Assembly (NCBI GenBank): GCA_043797085.1
Contig: JAZDQA010000012.1
Span: 32,001-96,000 of the forward strand
Direction: 5' to 3'
DNA: 64,000 nucleotides
Source: Pseudomonadota bacterium
GTDB taxonomy: Bacteria; Campylobacterota; Campylobacteria; Campylobacterales; Sulfurimonadaceae
Of this stretch, positions 38,886 to 48,745 are shown piece by piece. Both the position numbers and the translations under genes were made by a program. The notes under the pieces were generated by a model that was given only the letters and a program-made list of their open reading frames with translations, was not told where the DNA came from and did no database searches. Each line of letters opens with the position of its first letter. Position 1 is the stretch's first letter.

Positions 38886-39217
38886 TTGGACCCTTTGTAT
38901 CTAAAATTTTTAATCAGAAAATAATTCTGTTTATAAGGAACGTACCAATATTTTACCGTAATTAGTGAGAGATTGGATGGATTTATACTTGGTTTTGAAA
39001 TAATTGGATAATCAATCCCGCCACGGAAGAGTTGATTGCATCTACAAATGCGTAAAAATGTTGTACCAAAAGCTTTATGAAGGGAGTTTGTTTCGAACTG
39101 CCAAAGAGCATATTCTGAACAGGAAGGGTAGTGACGACACGAACCACGGGTCACCAAAGAAAAAGAGTGCCGATAAAGCCAAAGGAGCTTAAGAAAAAGT
39201 TTTCTTATCATTATCAC
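38879..39217 (-). CDS. yidD: Membrane protein insertion efficiency factor
   Basis: CRHYPSCSEYA, RICRCNQLFRGGIDYP. Confidence 0.9.
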   Translation of the reverse strand: MIMIRKLFLKLLWLYRHSFSLVTRGSCRHYPSCSEYALWQFETNSLHKAFGTTFLRICRCNQLFRGGIDYPIISKPSINPSNLSLITVKYWYVPYKQNYFLIKNFRYKGSKC

Positions 39218-39533
39218 TCACTAAAATGGCATTTACCCGCTTTAAAACGTATTTAAAATCTCGTTGCACGTCCGAAAACTCATTGCTGTGGAGTGGCAAT
39301 TTTGCTACCCACACATACAATCCATCACAAAGTTGATCTGAATATTCACGCATCAAAGCCCGAAGGCGTCTCTTACAATGGTTACGTATAACGGCATTAC
39401 CTACCTTTTTACTGGCAGTATATCCGACTTTTTTTTCTCCCTCAATGGGGAGATAAAATAACGCAATAGAAGTGCTATGAGCACTTTTCCCGCGCTTATA
39501 AACTCGCTGAAACTCCGAGTTGAGCTTCAACAT
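39189..39533 (-). CDS. rnpA: Ribonuclease P protein component
   Basis: EFQRVYKRG, SKKVGNAVIRNHCKRRLR. Confidence 0.93.
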   Translation of the reverse strand: MLKLNSEFQRVYKRGKSAHSTSIALFYLPIEGEKKVGYTASKKVGNAVIRNHCKRRLRALMREYSDQLCDGLYVWVAKLPLHSNEFSDVQRDFKYVLKRVNAILVSDNDKKTFS

Positions 39534-39544
39534 CGATGGACTGC

Positions 39545-39679
39545 TTATACAGCCAATCGCTTTCTACCTTTTGAACGACGAGCGTTCAATACTCGACGGC
39601 CATTTTTAGTCGCCATACGTGCACGAAAACCATGTGTACGTTTACGTGGCGTATTATGCGGTTGGTATGTTCTTTTCAT
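39545..39679 (-). CDS. rpmH: 50S ribosomal protein L34 (absent from the ORF track)
   Basis: Manual translation [44 protein letters not shown]. Confidence 0.98.
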   Translation of the reverse strand: MKRTYQPHNTPRKRTHGFRARMATKNGRRVLNARRSKGRKRLAV

Positions 39680-39829
39680 AGACATTCCCTTTGTGTATTT
39701 TTAGCTCGCAATGTTAGCTAAATCTTACTTAAACTGCTATTAGCTTCATACAAGCTTATTACATCTTCACTCAAAAAGTGCCGATATTGTTAATATACTA
39801 CCTCATAATCACTCTATTAAAGGTCCACA

Positions 39830-40354
39830 ATGATCTCTTCAACATCACTAAATGCGTATCGTTCTCATGAACTTTCAATTGATATGAAAACCAGCAGTGG
39901 TGACACATTGTCACTTAATTTTGAAAATACCCAAGAACTTTCACTCTCATCACGTCAAGACGATCATTCAAAAGAAACAAATTTTTCGTTTTCATCGGTA
40001 CAAGCATTTTCTTTTCAGCTTGACAGCAACGGTATAAGTGAGCAAGACCAAAAAGAAATCGATGCTTTTATGAAAAAAGCTCAACCATACATTAATAAAT
40101 TTATGAAAGAACTAGAAGAGCAAGATTCAACTTCTCCGATCAATAAAGTAGCTTCAGATGTAACGAAACTGATTGGCGATTTGAAAAAGAGTGATGAAAA
40201 GGTTAAAGATTATGCGAAAAAAGGGCTAGTTGATGTTTTTGACAATGCCATTAAACCTCTCAAAACAACCGAAAAAATGCTCGATGAAGCCCAAAAACTT
40301 CTTCAAAAAATCATCGACGGGTTTGATATGATTTTAGAACCAATTTACGCTTAA
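39830..40354 (+). CDS. Hypothetical protein, possibly flagellar-regulon associated
   Basis: Intact ORF with AAGG RBS; GCCGATAT sigma28-like -10 at 39780-39787. Confidence 0.65.
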   Translation: MISSTSLNAYRSHELSIDMKTSSGDTLSLNFENTQELSLSSRQDDHSKETNFSFSSVQAFSFQLDSNGISEQDQKEIDAFMKKAQPYINKFMKELEEQDSTSPINKVASDVTKLIGDLKKSDEKVKDYAKKGLVDVFDNAIKPLKTTEKMLDEAQKLLQKIIDGFDMILEPIYA

Positions 40355-40728
40355 GGCTTCAAAAAGTCTCGGAGGGTGGGCATAACTGACTGCCCTTTCG
40401 GAGAAACATCAAGTTCGACTTTGGTTTTGAGTTTCATGTGGCAATCACGGCATTCGCGGATAACTGCATGTTCTGCTACCCGTGATCCCTCGATTTTAGC
40501 TATCGGATGACACGCGAAACAGTCGCTTCCACAGTCCGCCATTTTAGCTGGATCAGCACTGTGGCATTTAATACACGTTTGCATCGGCTTATGTCGTAGA
40601 TCGGTATTAATCGTCTTCAATAGTGCGGGATGACAGGTCATACAATCGCCTGTACATCCGAACGCGTGTATTCCAAAAATAAAAATAATAAATAAAATAA
40701 TTTTTTGCATAGTGCAATTATGCCACAT
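40351..40728 (-). CDS. Small tetraheme c-type cytochrome
   Basis: Signal peptide; CMTCH, CIKCH, CFACH, CRDCH; start probably MQKI at about 40710. Confidence 0.85.
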   Translation of the reverse strand: MWHNCTMQKIILFIIFIFGIHAFGCTGDCMTCHPALLKTINTDLRHKPMQTCIKCHSADPAKMADCGSDCFACHPIAKIEGSRVAEHAVIRECRDCHMKLKTKVELDVSPKGQSVMPTLRDFLKP

Positions 40729-43294
40729 TCACCGTTATCTCACCATCTATTGCATCAAAAGCAACCGATGATCCCTCCGTTACTTCACCACCTAGAATCA
40801 AATCAGCCAAACGATCTTCGACAATCTCATACAATGCCCGCTTAAGAGGTCGTGCTCCGTAAACTGGATCAAATCCGGCTTCTGCAACATAATGCTTCGC
40901 TGCATCACTTAACGTTAAGGTAATATCACGCTCTACTACTTTTGCCGCAATGTCTGCAAAGAAAAGATCGACAATGCTCAAAATTTGCGCTTCTCCCAAT
41001 GGATTAAACACAACGACATCATCCAAACGGTTCAAAAATTCCGGTTTAAAGTGAAGTTTAAGGTCACCCAGCACCAACTCTTCCAAACCGCTCTCCCCAT
41101 GATGTGCCATAATCTTGTCACTGGCGATGTTAGAGGTCAAAATGATGATGGTATTAGTGAAATCAACGACCACTCCTTTATTGTCCGTCAAACGTCCATC
41201 ATCGAGCACCTGAAGCAACACATTGAAAACATCGGGATGCGCTTTTTCGACCTCATCAAACAAAATAACGCTGTACGGTTTACGACGTACCGCTTCGGTA
41301 AGCTGTCCTCCCTCATCAAACCCGACATATCCAGGAGGCGCACCGACGAGGCGTGACACGGCATGTTTTTCCATATACTCCGACATATCAATACGAATCA
41401 TCGACTCACTGCTGTCAAAAAGAAATTTTGCCAACGTTTTTGCTGTTTGTGTTTTCCCAACACCCGTAGGTCCTAAGAATAAAAATGACCCGATAGGACG
41501 ACTTTTATCTGAAAGACCTGCTTTATTTCGCTTGATAGCACGTGCTACTGCATGCGTTGCTTTTTCCTGCCCTACAACATCACGGTTAAGCTCATCTTCG
41601 ATGTGAAGAATTTTCTCTTTTTCCCCTTGTAACATCTTGTTTACAGGAATTTTCGTCCAACGGCTGACAATCCCAGCAATCGATGCTTCATCTACACTGT
41701 TTTTAAGGAGTGTCCCCTGAGCTTGCATCATTTTCCATTTTTCTTGCAGCTCTTTTTCGTCATTAAGCAATTTAGGAATCTGCCCATGAGTAATCTCAGC
41801 AACTTTACTAAAATCCCCACTTTGTTGTGCAGTTTCAGCTTCACGGCGTTTGAATTCGATTTCACGCTTGATTTTTGAAACGCGATCAAATTCTGCTTTT
41901 TCATGGCTAAATTGAGCTTCAAGACTTCGACGCTCTTCGCTCACGTCGGCAAGCTCTCGAACAATCTCTTCAAGCCGTTTAGTATTTGCCACACTCTCTT
42001 CCATTTTTAGTGCTTCATTTTCGACTTGCAACTGGGTCATACGGCGCTTGACAGATGCTAGAGCATTGGGCTCCGATTCGATTTGCATGCGTAATTCTGC
42101 TGCGGCTTCATCGATCAAATCAATTGCTTTATCCGGTAAAAATCGATCATTGATGTATCGATCCGATAATTTCGCTGCTGCAACCAATGCTGAATCGGTA
42201 ATTGTAATACTGTGATGCGCTTCCAAACGCTCTTTAAGTCCCCGTAAAATTTGCAACGTCTGATTGACACTGGGCTCTTCGACGTGAACGGGTTGAAAAC
42301 GGCGTTGAAGTGCCGCATCTTTTTCAAAATACTTACGATATTCTTTAAGTGTTGTTGCCCCTATCGTATGAAGTTCTCCTCGTGCAAGTGCAGGTTTGAG
42401 AATATTAGCAGCATCCATCGACCCCTCGGCTGCCCCTGCCCCTACAATGGTGTGAATTTCATCAATAAAAAGAATGACATTGGCACTCTTTTTCACCTCA
42501 TCAATAACGGCTTTTAGACGGTCTTCAAACTCACCACGATATTTTGCCCCTGCAATAAGTGCGCTCATATCCAACGCAACCACTCTTTTATTCTGTAAAC
42601 TAAGCGGCACTTCTTTGGAGATAATTCGCTGAGCAAGTCCTTCTACCAAAGCCGTCTTTCCTACTCCCGGTTCCCCTAAAAGTATAGGGTTATTTTTCGT
42701 TTTACGAATCAAGATTTGCATCATTCGACTAATCTCTTCATCGCGACCGATAACAGGAGAGAGTTTCCCCTCCACTGCCAGTTTGGTTAAATCTATCCCA
42801 TATTTAGCAAGAGATTCGAGATTTTCATCCGCACTTTGAGACTCTATTTTTTGTCCTGATCGCATGGCTTCAAGGGTTTTACGTAACTCAAAGACATCAA
42901 CATATTTTCCTAAAATATCTTTAAATGGAGGATGACTAAGATTCCCTACTAAAAAAGTGTCAATCGCGATAAACGCATCGCCATTGACGGCCATTTCAGC
43001 ATTAGCGCGCTCTAATGCGTGTGCAAAATTACGTGATAGACGGATACTTTCTTTCGTGACACTCGAAACACTGGCCAGTTTATTTGCCACACTTTTTACA
43101 TCCAATTCAATGGCTGTTTTATCTACATTCATTTTCATCAATGCTTGATTGAGCGGTGAATTGCTATTAGCAAGCAATGCCCATAAAAAATGAATTGGCT
43201 CTGCTTCACTGTTTCTATTGAGTAATGCTAAAGAGATGGATGCATCAATCATCTCGGTCATTTGGTGAGTTAGTTTTTCAAAAATATTTTGCAT
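40718..43294 (-). CDS. clpB: Chaperone ClpB
   Basis: Two AAA+ modules ([16 protein letters not shown]), long coiled-coil M domain, GAPPGYVG. Confidence 0.97.
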   Translation of the reverse strand: MQNIFEKLTHQMTEMIDASISLALLNRNSEAEPIHFLWALLANSNSPLNQALMKMNVDKTAIELDVKSVANKLASVSSVTKESIRLSRNFAHALERANAEMAVNGDAFIAIDTFLVGNLSHPPFKDILGKYVDVFELRKTLEAMRSGQKIESQSADENLESLAKYGIDLTKLAVEGKLSPVIGRDEEISRMMQILIRKTKNNPILLGEPGVGKTALVEGLAQRIISKEVPLSLQNKRVVALDMSALIAGAKYRGEFEDRLKAVIDEVKKSANVILFIDEIHTIVGAGAAEGSMDAANILKPALARGELHTIGATTLKEYRKYFEKDAALQRRFQPVHVEEPSVNQTLQILRGLKERLEAHHSITITDSALVAAAKLSDRYINDRFLPDKAIDLIDEAAAELRMQIESEPNALASVKRRMTQLQVENEALKMEESVANTKRLEEIVRELADVSEERRSLEAQFSHEKAEFDRVSKIKREIEFKRREAETAQQSGDFSKVAEITHGQIPKLLNDEKELQEKWKMMQAQGTLLKNSVDEASIAGIVSRWTKIPVNKMLQGEKEKILHIEDELNRDVVGQEKATHAVARAIKRNKAGLSDKSRPIGSFLFLGPTGVGKTQTAKTLAKFLFDSSESMIRIDMSEYMEKHAVSRLVGAPPGYVGFDEGGQLTEAVRRKPYSVILFDEVEKAHPDVFNVLLQVLDDGRLTDNKGVVVDFTNTIIILTSNIASDKIMAHHGESGLEELVLGDLKLHFKPEFLNRLDDVVVFNPLGEAQILSIVDLFFADIAAKVVERDITLTLSDAAKHYVAEAGFDPVYGARPLKRALYEIVEDRLADLILGGEVTEGSSVAFDAIDGEITVNVA

Positions 43295-43321
43295 AATAAA
43301 TTCCTTTTATTTAAATAAACG

Positions 43322-43410
43322 CAAAGGGAACTAAGTCCCCCTTTGACTACGCTAACGCTAAGTTCTACCCGCAAGGGGCACAATGTCCTCATATGGAGAG
43401 CTCAGTCCTT
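43322..43410. repeat. Hairpin-rich repeat-derived segment in the clpB leader
   Basis: CAAAGGG..CCCTTTG hairpin plus CTACCCGCAAGGGGCAC module similar to modules in 5378-5452 and 5994-6057. Confidence 0.5.
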
Positions 43411-43420
43411 AAACAAGATA

Positions 43421-43451
43421 ATTATAATACATTGAGTCACTTTCTGTCAAG
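43421..43451 (-). promoter_or_regulatory. clpB sigma70 promoter overlapped by a HAIR-like (HspR) operator
   Basis: Minus strand TTGACA-N18-TATAAT; CTTGACA-N7-ACTCAAT compared with HAIR CTTGAGT-N7-ACTCAAG. Confidence 0.75.
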
Positions 43452-43469
43452 TCTTTTGAGTGAAATTAT

Positions 43470-44168
43470 TTAGATTAAAAAAACTGACGCGATACCTATC
43501 GCCCCGCCAAACACTCCACCCCACACAACAAGCCATCCCAAATGCTCTTTCATCAGCCCATGCAACATCTCTTTTACCATGATCGGAGTAAGTTCCGCTA
43601 GACGTGTTTCAACAATCTCCCCAATGGTATCGGTTAAATGTCCGGCACCTTGATGCAGATGGGTATTTAATGCATTAATAAATGATTCACTTTGCGCTAT
43701 TTCAATCGTTGAGAGTTTGATTTTTTCCAAAAATGGCTCTTTGAGTTTTGCAATAACGGATTCTCCCCCAAACATACCCAACATTGAGCCCAAAGCCGAA
43801 TCCATCACGCTTCGTACCAATGCGTTGTAAGCCGGAGTAAAATCGGTTACTTCAATAATCGGGGCTAAATCGATGGTGCGCTCTTGCGAAGCGACAAAGC
43901 TTTCAATCTTTTCAGGGGTAAAAAATTGTTCCATAATAAGCGTTTTCAATGCTTCCCGAATCGATTCAAAACGATCAAGAATGATCCCTGATCCATACAA
44001 AAACGGTACTTTTTCAAAAAGCATGTGAATCGCGAGCTGATTGGTCACTGCACCCGAGAGAGCAAAAAGCCCTGCACTTCGCATCATATCCGCACCTATA
44101 CCGCTAAATGTGTATGAGCCTCCTACCAACCCTAACGAAATTGCATTTGTCATCCAACCTTTATCCAT
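43470..44168 (-). CDS. DUF445 family membrane protein
   Basis: GAVTNQLAIHMLF, GSGII, HLGWLVVWGGVFGG. Confidence 0.85.
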   Translation of the reverse strand: MDKGWMTNAISLGLVGGSYTFSGIGADMMRSAGLFALSGAVTNQLAIHMLFEKVPFLYGSGIILDRFESIREALKTLIMEQFFTPEKIESFVASQERTIDLAPIIEVTDFTPAYNALVRSVMDSALGSMLGMFGGESVIAKLKEPFLEKIKLSTIEIAQSESFINALNTHLHQGAGHLTDTIGEIVETRLAELTPIMVKEMLHGLMKEHLGWLVVWGGVFGGAIGIASVFLI

Positions 44169-44202
44169 AAGCTTATCCTTTATTTATTTTTTAGAGAAGT
44201 TT

Positions 44203-45711
44203 TTACTCCACTAAAAAGTTTGCCATCATAGCATGATCTTCGTGTTCAAGAATATGACAGTGGTAAACAAATAGTCCGGGCATTGTGAATTTTACTATAA
44301 TACGAACTGTTTCTACGGGCATAACAAGCACAGTATCTTTCCATCCTTTGTCTGTGGGAAAATCTATTTTTCTTGTTCTATCCAGTATTTGAAAATGTAC
44401 CCCATGTATGTGAAACGGGTGTGCCATGTGCGCGGTGTTTTTAAGCTCCCAAATTTCTGTTGAGCCTAGCTTTATTCGATCATCAATCCTCTCCATATCA
44501 TAAGGTTTTTTGTTTAAAGTCCACATACCGCCCTCTATAATCTCCATTGTAACGCTCCTAGTTTTAGAAGCATCAGATTCTTTCATTCTTGGGATACTTG
44601 AAAGCTTTCTTGGAAGCTGTGCAGAGCTGCTTGTTGATAGTTGTGTAACTTTAAACTTCATAATATCCATTTTGGCATCTAAACTCGGATATTTTTGATT
44701 TGTTGCAAAATTACTGGCTTCTTTGAATCCGAGCGTTTTTAGTGTTACGGTATCACCGATTTTTTTATCTTTAAAATCTATGATTATATCTATGCGCTCT
44801 GCAACCGCAATCACTATATCTTTTACAATTATTGGTTTTTCAAGCAGTCCACCGTCGGTTCCAATGAGTGCAAAACTCTCAATTCCTTCAAATGCAAGTC
44901 TGTACGTTCTCGCACTGGAACTGTTAAGGATTCTGAGTCGATACTTTGTATTCTTTACGTTTTTGTAGGGGAAAGGTGTAGAATTTACCAAAATAACGTC
45001 ACCTAAGACTCCATTATTATCCAGTTCTGTTTCTTTATAGATAAGATTTGCTTTTTTATCAAATCTCCTATCTTGCATGATAAGCGGTAGTTCAAATTCA
45101 CCTGAGGGAAGATTTAACTTTTTTTCATCTTCATCTTCTACGATATAAAGACCTGACAGTCCATAATATATCTCCTCTCCCGTTCTACCGTGAGGGTGAG
45201 TATGGTACCAAAATGTCCCCGCTTTTTGGTTAATTTTATACCTGTACTCTTTTGTTTCTTGAGTGCTGATAGCATCTTTTGGGTGTCCGTCCATCTCTTC
45301 GGGTACGATTAATCCATGCCAATGAATAATAGTTGCTTTTTCAAGACTGTTTGTAAAATCAAGTTCAAACTTATCCCCTTTTTTTATACGAATAGTAGGA
45401 TTAGGTAAGTCTCCTTGAAATGTTAAAACTTCTGTTTTTTTATCTTTGTAGATAGCAACTAGACTTTTTTGTGCATTGAATTTTCCTTTTGCGATAGTTT
45501 CAAAATTAATCTCTTTTGGAATTTTTAACTCTTGCGTAAAAGGTTTGAACATATCGGCTGTTTCATTTTTTGAAAGTTTTGACGGTAATTTTTGACTTTC
45601 ATTTAATTTTCCCGCTGTATCGCCATTATTTTTTGAGTCTTTATCACATCCTCCAATAATAATTGCCGCCGCCGTAAAAGAAAATGAATATAGAAAATTT
45701 CTTCGGTTCAT
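44203..45711 (-). CDS. Multicopper oxidase (CueO/laccase-like), Tat lipoprotein
   Basis: HWHG, WYHTHPH, HPFHIHG, HCHILEHEDHAMM; start MNRRNFL at 45711 with AAGGAG RBS; lipobox IGGC. Confidence 0.93.
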   Translation of the reverse strand: MNRRNFLYSFSFTAAAIIIGGCDKDSKNNGDTAGKLNESQKLPSKLSKNETADMFKPFTQELKIPKEINFETIAKGKFNAQKSLVAIYKDKKTEVLTFQGDLPNPTIRIKKGDKFELDFTNSLEKATIIHWHGLIVPEEMDGHPKDAISTQETKEYRYKINQKAGTFWYHTHPHGRTGEEIYYGLSGLYIVEDEDEKKLNLPSGEFELPLIMQDRRFDKKANLIYKETELDNNGVLGDVILVNSTPFPYKNVKNTKYRLRILNSSSARTYRLAFEGIESFALIGTDGGLLEKPIIVKDIVIAVAERIDIIIDFKDKKIGDTVTLKTLGFKEASNFATNQKYPSLDAKMDIMKFKVTQLSTSSSAQLPRKLSSIPRMKESDASKTRSVTMEIIEGGMWTLNKKPYDMERIDDRIKLGSTEIWELKNTAHMAHPFHIHGVHFQILDRTRKIDFPTDKGWKDTVLVMPVETVRIIVKFTMPGLFVYHCHILEHEDHAMMANFLVE

Positions 45712-45819
45712 GATCGTCTCCTTCGAGTTAGATACTTGAGCCAGATGTACTGCTTTTACTTTACTAACTGATCTTACCCGGTAAATTTGTTTCCCATCAC
45801 ACGCAAAGGACACTTTGAG

Positions 45820-45838
45820 CGCTTTCGCGGGAATGACG
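45820..45838 (-). repeat. Truncated REP-like sequence
   Basis: Reverse complement CGTCATTCCCGCGAAAGCG; related to 15807-15826. Confidence 0.5.
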
Positions 45839-46032
45839 AAAGAAAAATACGACTTTTTAAAGCTTAAATCAATTAAAATGCGTAACATCAACAAATAATT
45901 GTACTTGCAAAACAATTATTTGATCTTTTCATTCAATAATTACACTTTTACTGTAAGGTTGTGTGTACAATAATCTTATAATAGAGCTATTATCCAAAAA
46001 AGGTTACAGTTGCAAAAATTTAGGAGGAAACA

Positions 46033-46521
46033 ATGATTTTAAACTCCATGACAACTTTACTAAAATCAGGCAATTTGGCAGCTATTTTAGGTGCTATTTC
46101 TGCAACTTTAGAACGAAGCGATGAAGCTCCTTTTTGGAGACAAAAAACGCTCCCTTTTGTGGAAGCTATTTTAAGTGTTCTCATTCCTCTACGAGAACAA
46201 AAACTTCTCTTTGATCCGGAAGGAAATACCCATGAGACGTTAACACCGGCATTATTCTTGCGTTGGTGCGATTTGATGAGTCTTAAAACACTCGCATTTA
46301 CCCTCGCAAAAAGTAACGACCAAGGAAAATTAGTCCGTACCAAAATCACTGCCCAAACCTATCAACCCATCGACTTAGAGATTTTAGGGAAATATTTAAG
46401 TGGATATACGATCAATTTAGAAGATGAATCAATCGATTTTCCGATCCGTAACTACAATCTTCATATTGGTATCTCGGATCTTATTACTAAAATTTTAAAT
46501 GGGAACATGAACAATGTTTGA
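46033..46521 (+). CDS. Hypothetical all-alpha protein (possible isolated coupling-protein all-alpha domain)
   Basis: Strong AGGAGG RBS; FWRQKTLPFVEAILSVLIPLREQ..LGKYLSGY..NLHIGISDLI. Confidence 0.7.
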   Translation: MILNSMTTLLKSGNLAAILGAISATLERSDEAPFWRQKTLPFVEAILSVLIPLREQKLLFDPEGNTHETLTPALFLRWCDLMSLKTLAFTLAKSNDQGKLVRTKITAQTYQPIDLEILGKYLSGYTINLEDESIDFPIRNYNLHIGISDLITKILNGNMNNV

Positions 46522-46945
46522 AGCAAAACCTCTCAATATCCATACCTATCTATCAAAAAATGAGATTGAAAAGCATCTCGAAAACGTTGAATACATCATT
46601 ATGGCAGCCCCTTCAATGATGGCCGCTCCTGAACTGCCGTTGCATTTTAGTATTTTTTTAAATACCTCGGATTCGATTCCCGAAGAGATCAAAGGGGCGT
46701 TATTAGCAAAATTTTGTCAACAATACGCTATTACAAAAACCAGCCATGTATTAAGTAATCTGGAGCGTGTCGCATTTGCTACAACATCTCAAGAAACGCC
46801 AATGCCACGTCATATAATCGATCCCGCTGAGGCAAATACCATTCCGTGGACTTTACTGCATATTATAGATTTTTTGGGAGAATCAGAGGGGTTTAAAGAG
46901 GCAAAGGACGGTTTGAGCGGGTGGAGTTATAGCTATAATAGCTAA
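46514..46945 (+). CDS. Hypothetical protein
   Basis: Overlaps the upstream gene by 8 bp; no recognised domain. Confidence 0.7.
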   Translation: MFEAKPLNIHTYLSKNEIEKHLENVEYIIMAAPSMMAAPELPLHFSIFLNTSDSIPEEIKGALLAKFCQQYAITKTSHVLSNLERVAFATTSQETPMPRHIIDPAEANTIPWTLLHIIDFLGESEGFKEAKDGLSGWSYSYNS

Positions 46946-48246
46946 CTCTTACACATTTCTTCAATTTCCTCGACCATTTTTGCAATCATCGCCGAAAGAT
47001 TTTCACATCCGCTTTCGGTAATGAGAATATCATCTTCGATACGGATACCGATACCTCGGTATTTTAGGGGTACACTCTCATCTTCTGCTTTGATATAAAT
47101 CCCAGGTTCGATGGTCATCACCATTCCCGCTTTAAATGCCAAGCTCTGACCATCGTCATCCACATACGGACACGGATCATGAACATCAAGCCCCATCCAG
47201 TGACCGATTCCATGCGGAGCGTATTTTTTATGGGCTTTTGCTTCAAGGAGGGTACTTACTTCGCCGTTTAAAATTCCTAAATCTATAAGAGCTTGGCACA
47301 GTAACTCTTCACTATAGCTCTGAAGCCAATCTCGCTTGACATCGGGTTTCATCGCTTCGATAACGCGTAACTGTACGTCGAGTACTTTTTCATATACGGC
47401 GCGTTGTGCTTCGGTGAATTTTCCATTGACTGGAAAGGTACGGGTAATGTCACTGGCGTAGAGTTCCCATTCGCACGCCGCATCGATAAGTACCAAATCA
47501 CCCTCTTTTAACACATCACGGTTATCAATGTAATGTAAGGTGTTGGCATTGTTCCCACCCGCTACAATCGCACCGTATGCTTCATTCATTGCGCCATTGG
47601 AGAGAAATATATAGCTCATACATGCTTGTAATTCAAACTCTCGCAGTCCATTTTGACACTGCTTCATCGCTTCATGATGTGCCAATGCGGTCAAGGATAT
47701 CGCATAACGAATTTGATCTATCTCTTCGGATGATTTGATCAATCGCATGGAACGTGTCCAATGCGTTACGTCATGGAAACTTCGGATGTATCGCTTTACC
47801 CCTCGAGATTCTCGTAACTCTTTTGCACTTTGTTGCGCCAGTTTCAAATGATTTGAGTCATCGTGAAAATCAAAATAAAGGGCAATGTGTTCACGTAAAA
47901 TTTCTTTGATGTGATTAGGATATTCAAGAATACTATGGACTTCATCAACTTCAAAACGCTTCATTGCACCCTCAACACCAAGACGCGCACCGTTCCATAA
48001 TGCAAACTCATTACTGTGTGGTTCGACAAACAAAATACTGCGTTCAATCTCTTTTGTTTTTACCAACACAAGAAGAGCATTGGCTTCTTCAAATCCGGTA
48101 AGGTAATAAAAATCGCTGTTTTGTCGGTAAGGGTATTCCGTATCGTTGGAACGTATTTTAAGGGGAGATGAGGAGAGGATAGCAATCCCCTCTTCTATGC
48201 TGGCTAATAATTTTTGCCGTCTGGCTTGATAGTGCGTTTCGTTCAA
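46942..48246 (-). CDS. pepP: Xaa-Pro aminopeptidase
   Basis: YRQNSDFYYLTGF, YASDITRT, HGIGHWMGLDVHD, TIEPGIY, GIRIEDD. Confidence 0.95.
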   Translation of the reverse strand: MNETHYQARRQKLLASIEEGIAILSSSPLKIRSNDTEYPYRQNSDFYYLTGFEEANALLVLVKTKEIERSILFVEPHSNEFALWNGARLGVEGAMKRFEVDEVHSILEYPNHIKEILREHIALYFDFHDDSNHLKLAQQSAKELRESRGVKRYIRSFHDVTHWTRSMRLIKSSEEIDQIRYAISLTALAHHEAMKQCQNGLREFELQACMSYIFLSNGAMNEAYGAIVAGGNNANTLHYIDNRDVLKEGDLVLIDAACEWELYASDITRTFPVNGKFTEAQRAVYEKVLDVQLRVIEAMKPDVKRDWLQSYSEELLCQALIDLGILNGEVSTLLEAKAHKKYAPHGIGHWMGLDVHDPCPYVDDDGQSLAFKAGMVMTIEPGIYIKAEDESVPLKYRGIGIRIEDDILITESGCENLSAMIAKMVEEIEEMCKS

Positions 48247-48248
48247 AT

Positions 48249-48743
48249 TTAAAAATTTCTTTCCAATAATTTATGAACTTTCAAGATCGTGACAATACGA
48301 TCAGCTTGTTTGCCAACGCCATCGATCATTGTTTCACTTTCAGAAATCGTATCGGGTGCCGGTCCAATATCACGCTTTGGCATACGAATCGCCTCAGTAA
48401 GTCTGTCGATGACAAAGCCTGCAACGTCATCGCCGTTTTTCATCACGATAAAACGAGTCTCATCCGTATGTTTTTGTAACGGCAACCCAAAACGAGCGCG
48501 TAAATCAATCAACGGAATAACCGATCCTCGCAGATTAAATACACCCAAAATGTACGCTGGAATTTGCGGTACACGGGTCCAGCCTATGGGTTTAATAATC
48601 TCTTGAATGCTCAAAATGGGTATCGAAAATTCCTCTTCCCCAACAATAAAGCCCACCAATTGAATCACTTCATCGACTTTCTGATCATCGCCTAGAAGGG
48701 CTTGATTTTGTCTATTAATGATTTGTTGTAATTTTTCGCTCAT
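48249..48743 (-). CDS. cheW: Chemotaxis coupling protein CheW
   Basis: IQEII, TRVP, GVFNLRGSVIPLIDLR. Confidence 0.95.
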   Translation of the reverse strand: MSEKLQQIINRQNQALLGDDQKVDEVIQLVGFIVGEEEFSIPILSIQEIIKPIGWTRVPQIPAYILGVFNLRGSVIPLIDLRARFGLPLQKHTDETRFIVMKNGDDVAGFVIDRLTEAIRMPKRDIGPAPDTISESETMIDGVGKQADRIVTILKVHKLLERNF

Positions 48744-48745
48744 GA

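Noticed and set aside
39477..39704. 75 aa plus-strand ORF in the track
   Set aside because: Antisense to rpmH and rnpA, which are the real genes
39680..39829. Possible oriC upstream of rpmH
   Set aside because: No dnaA next to it and no cluster of TTATCCACA/TTATTCACA boxes
45712..45915. 68-codon N-terminal extension of the multicopper oxidase in the ORF track
   Set aside because: The Tat motif and a strong RBS define the start at 45711; the extension runs through a REP-like remnant
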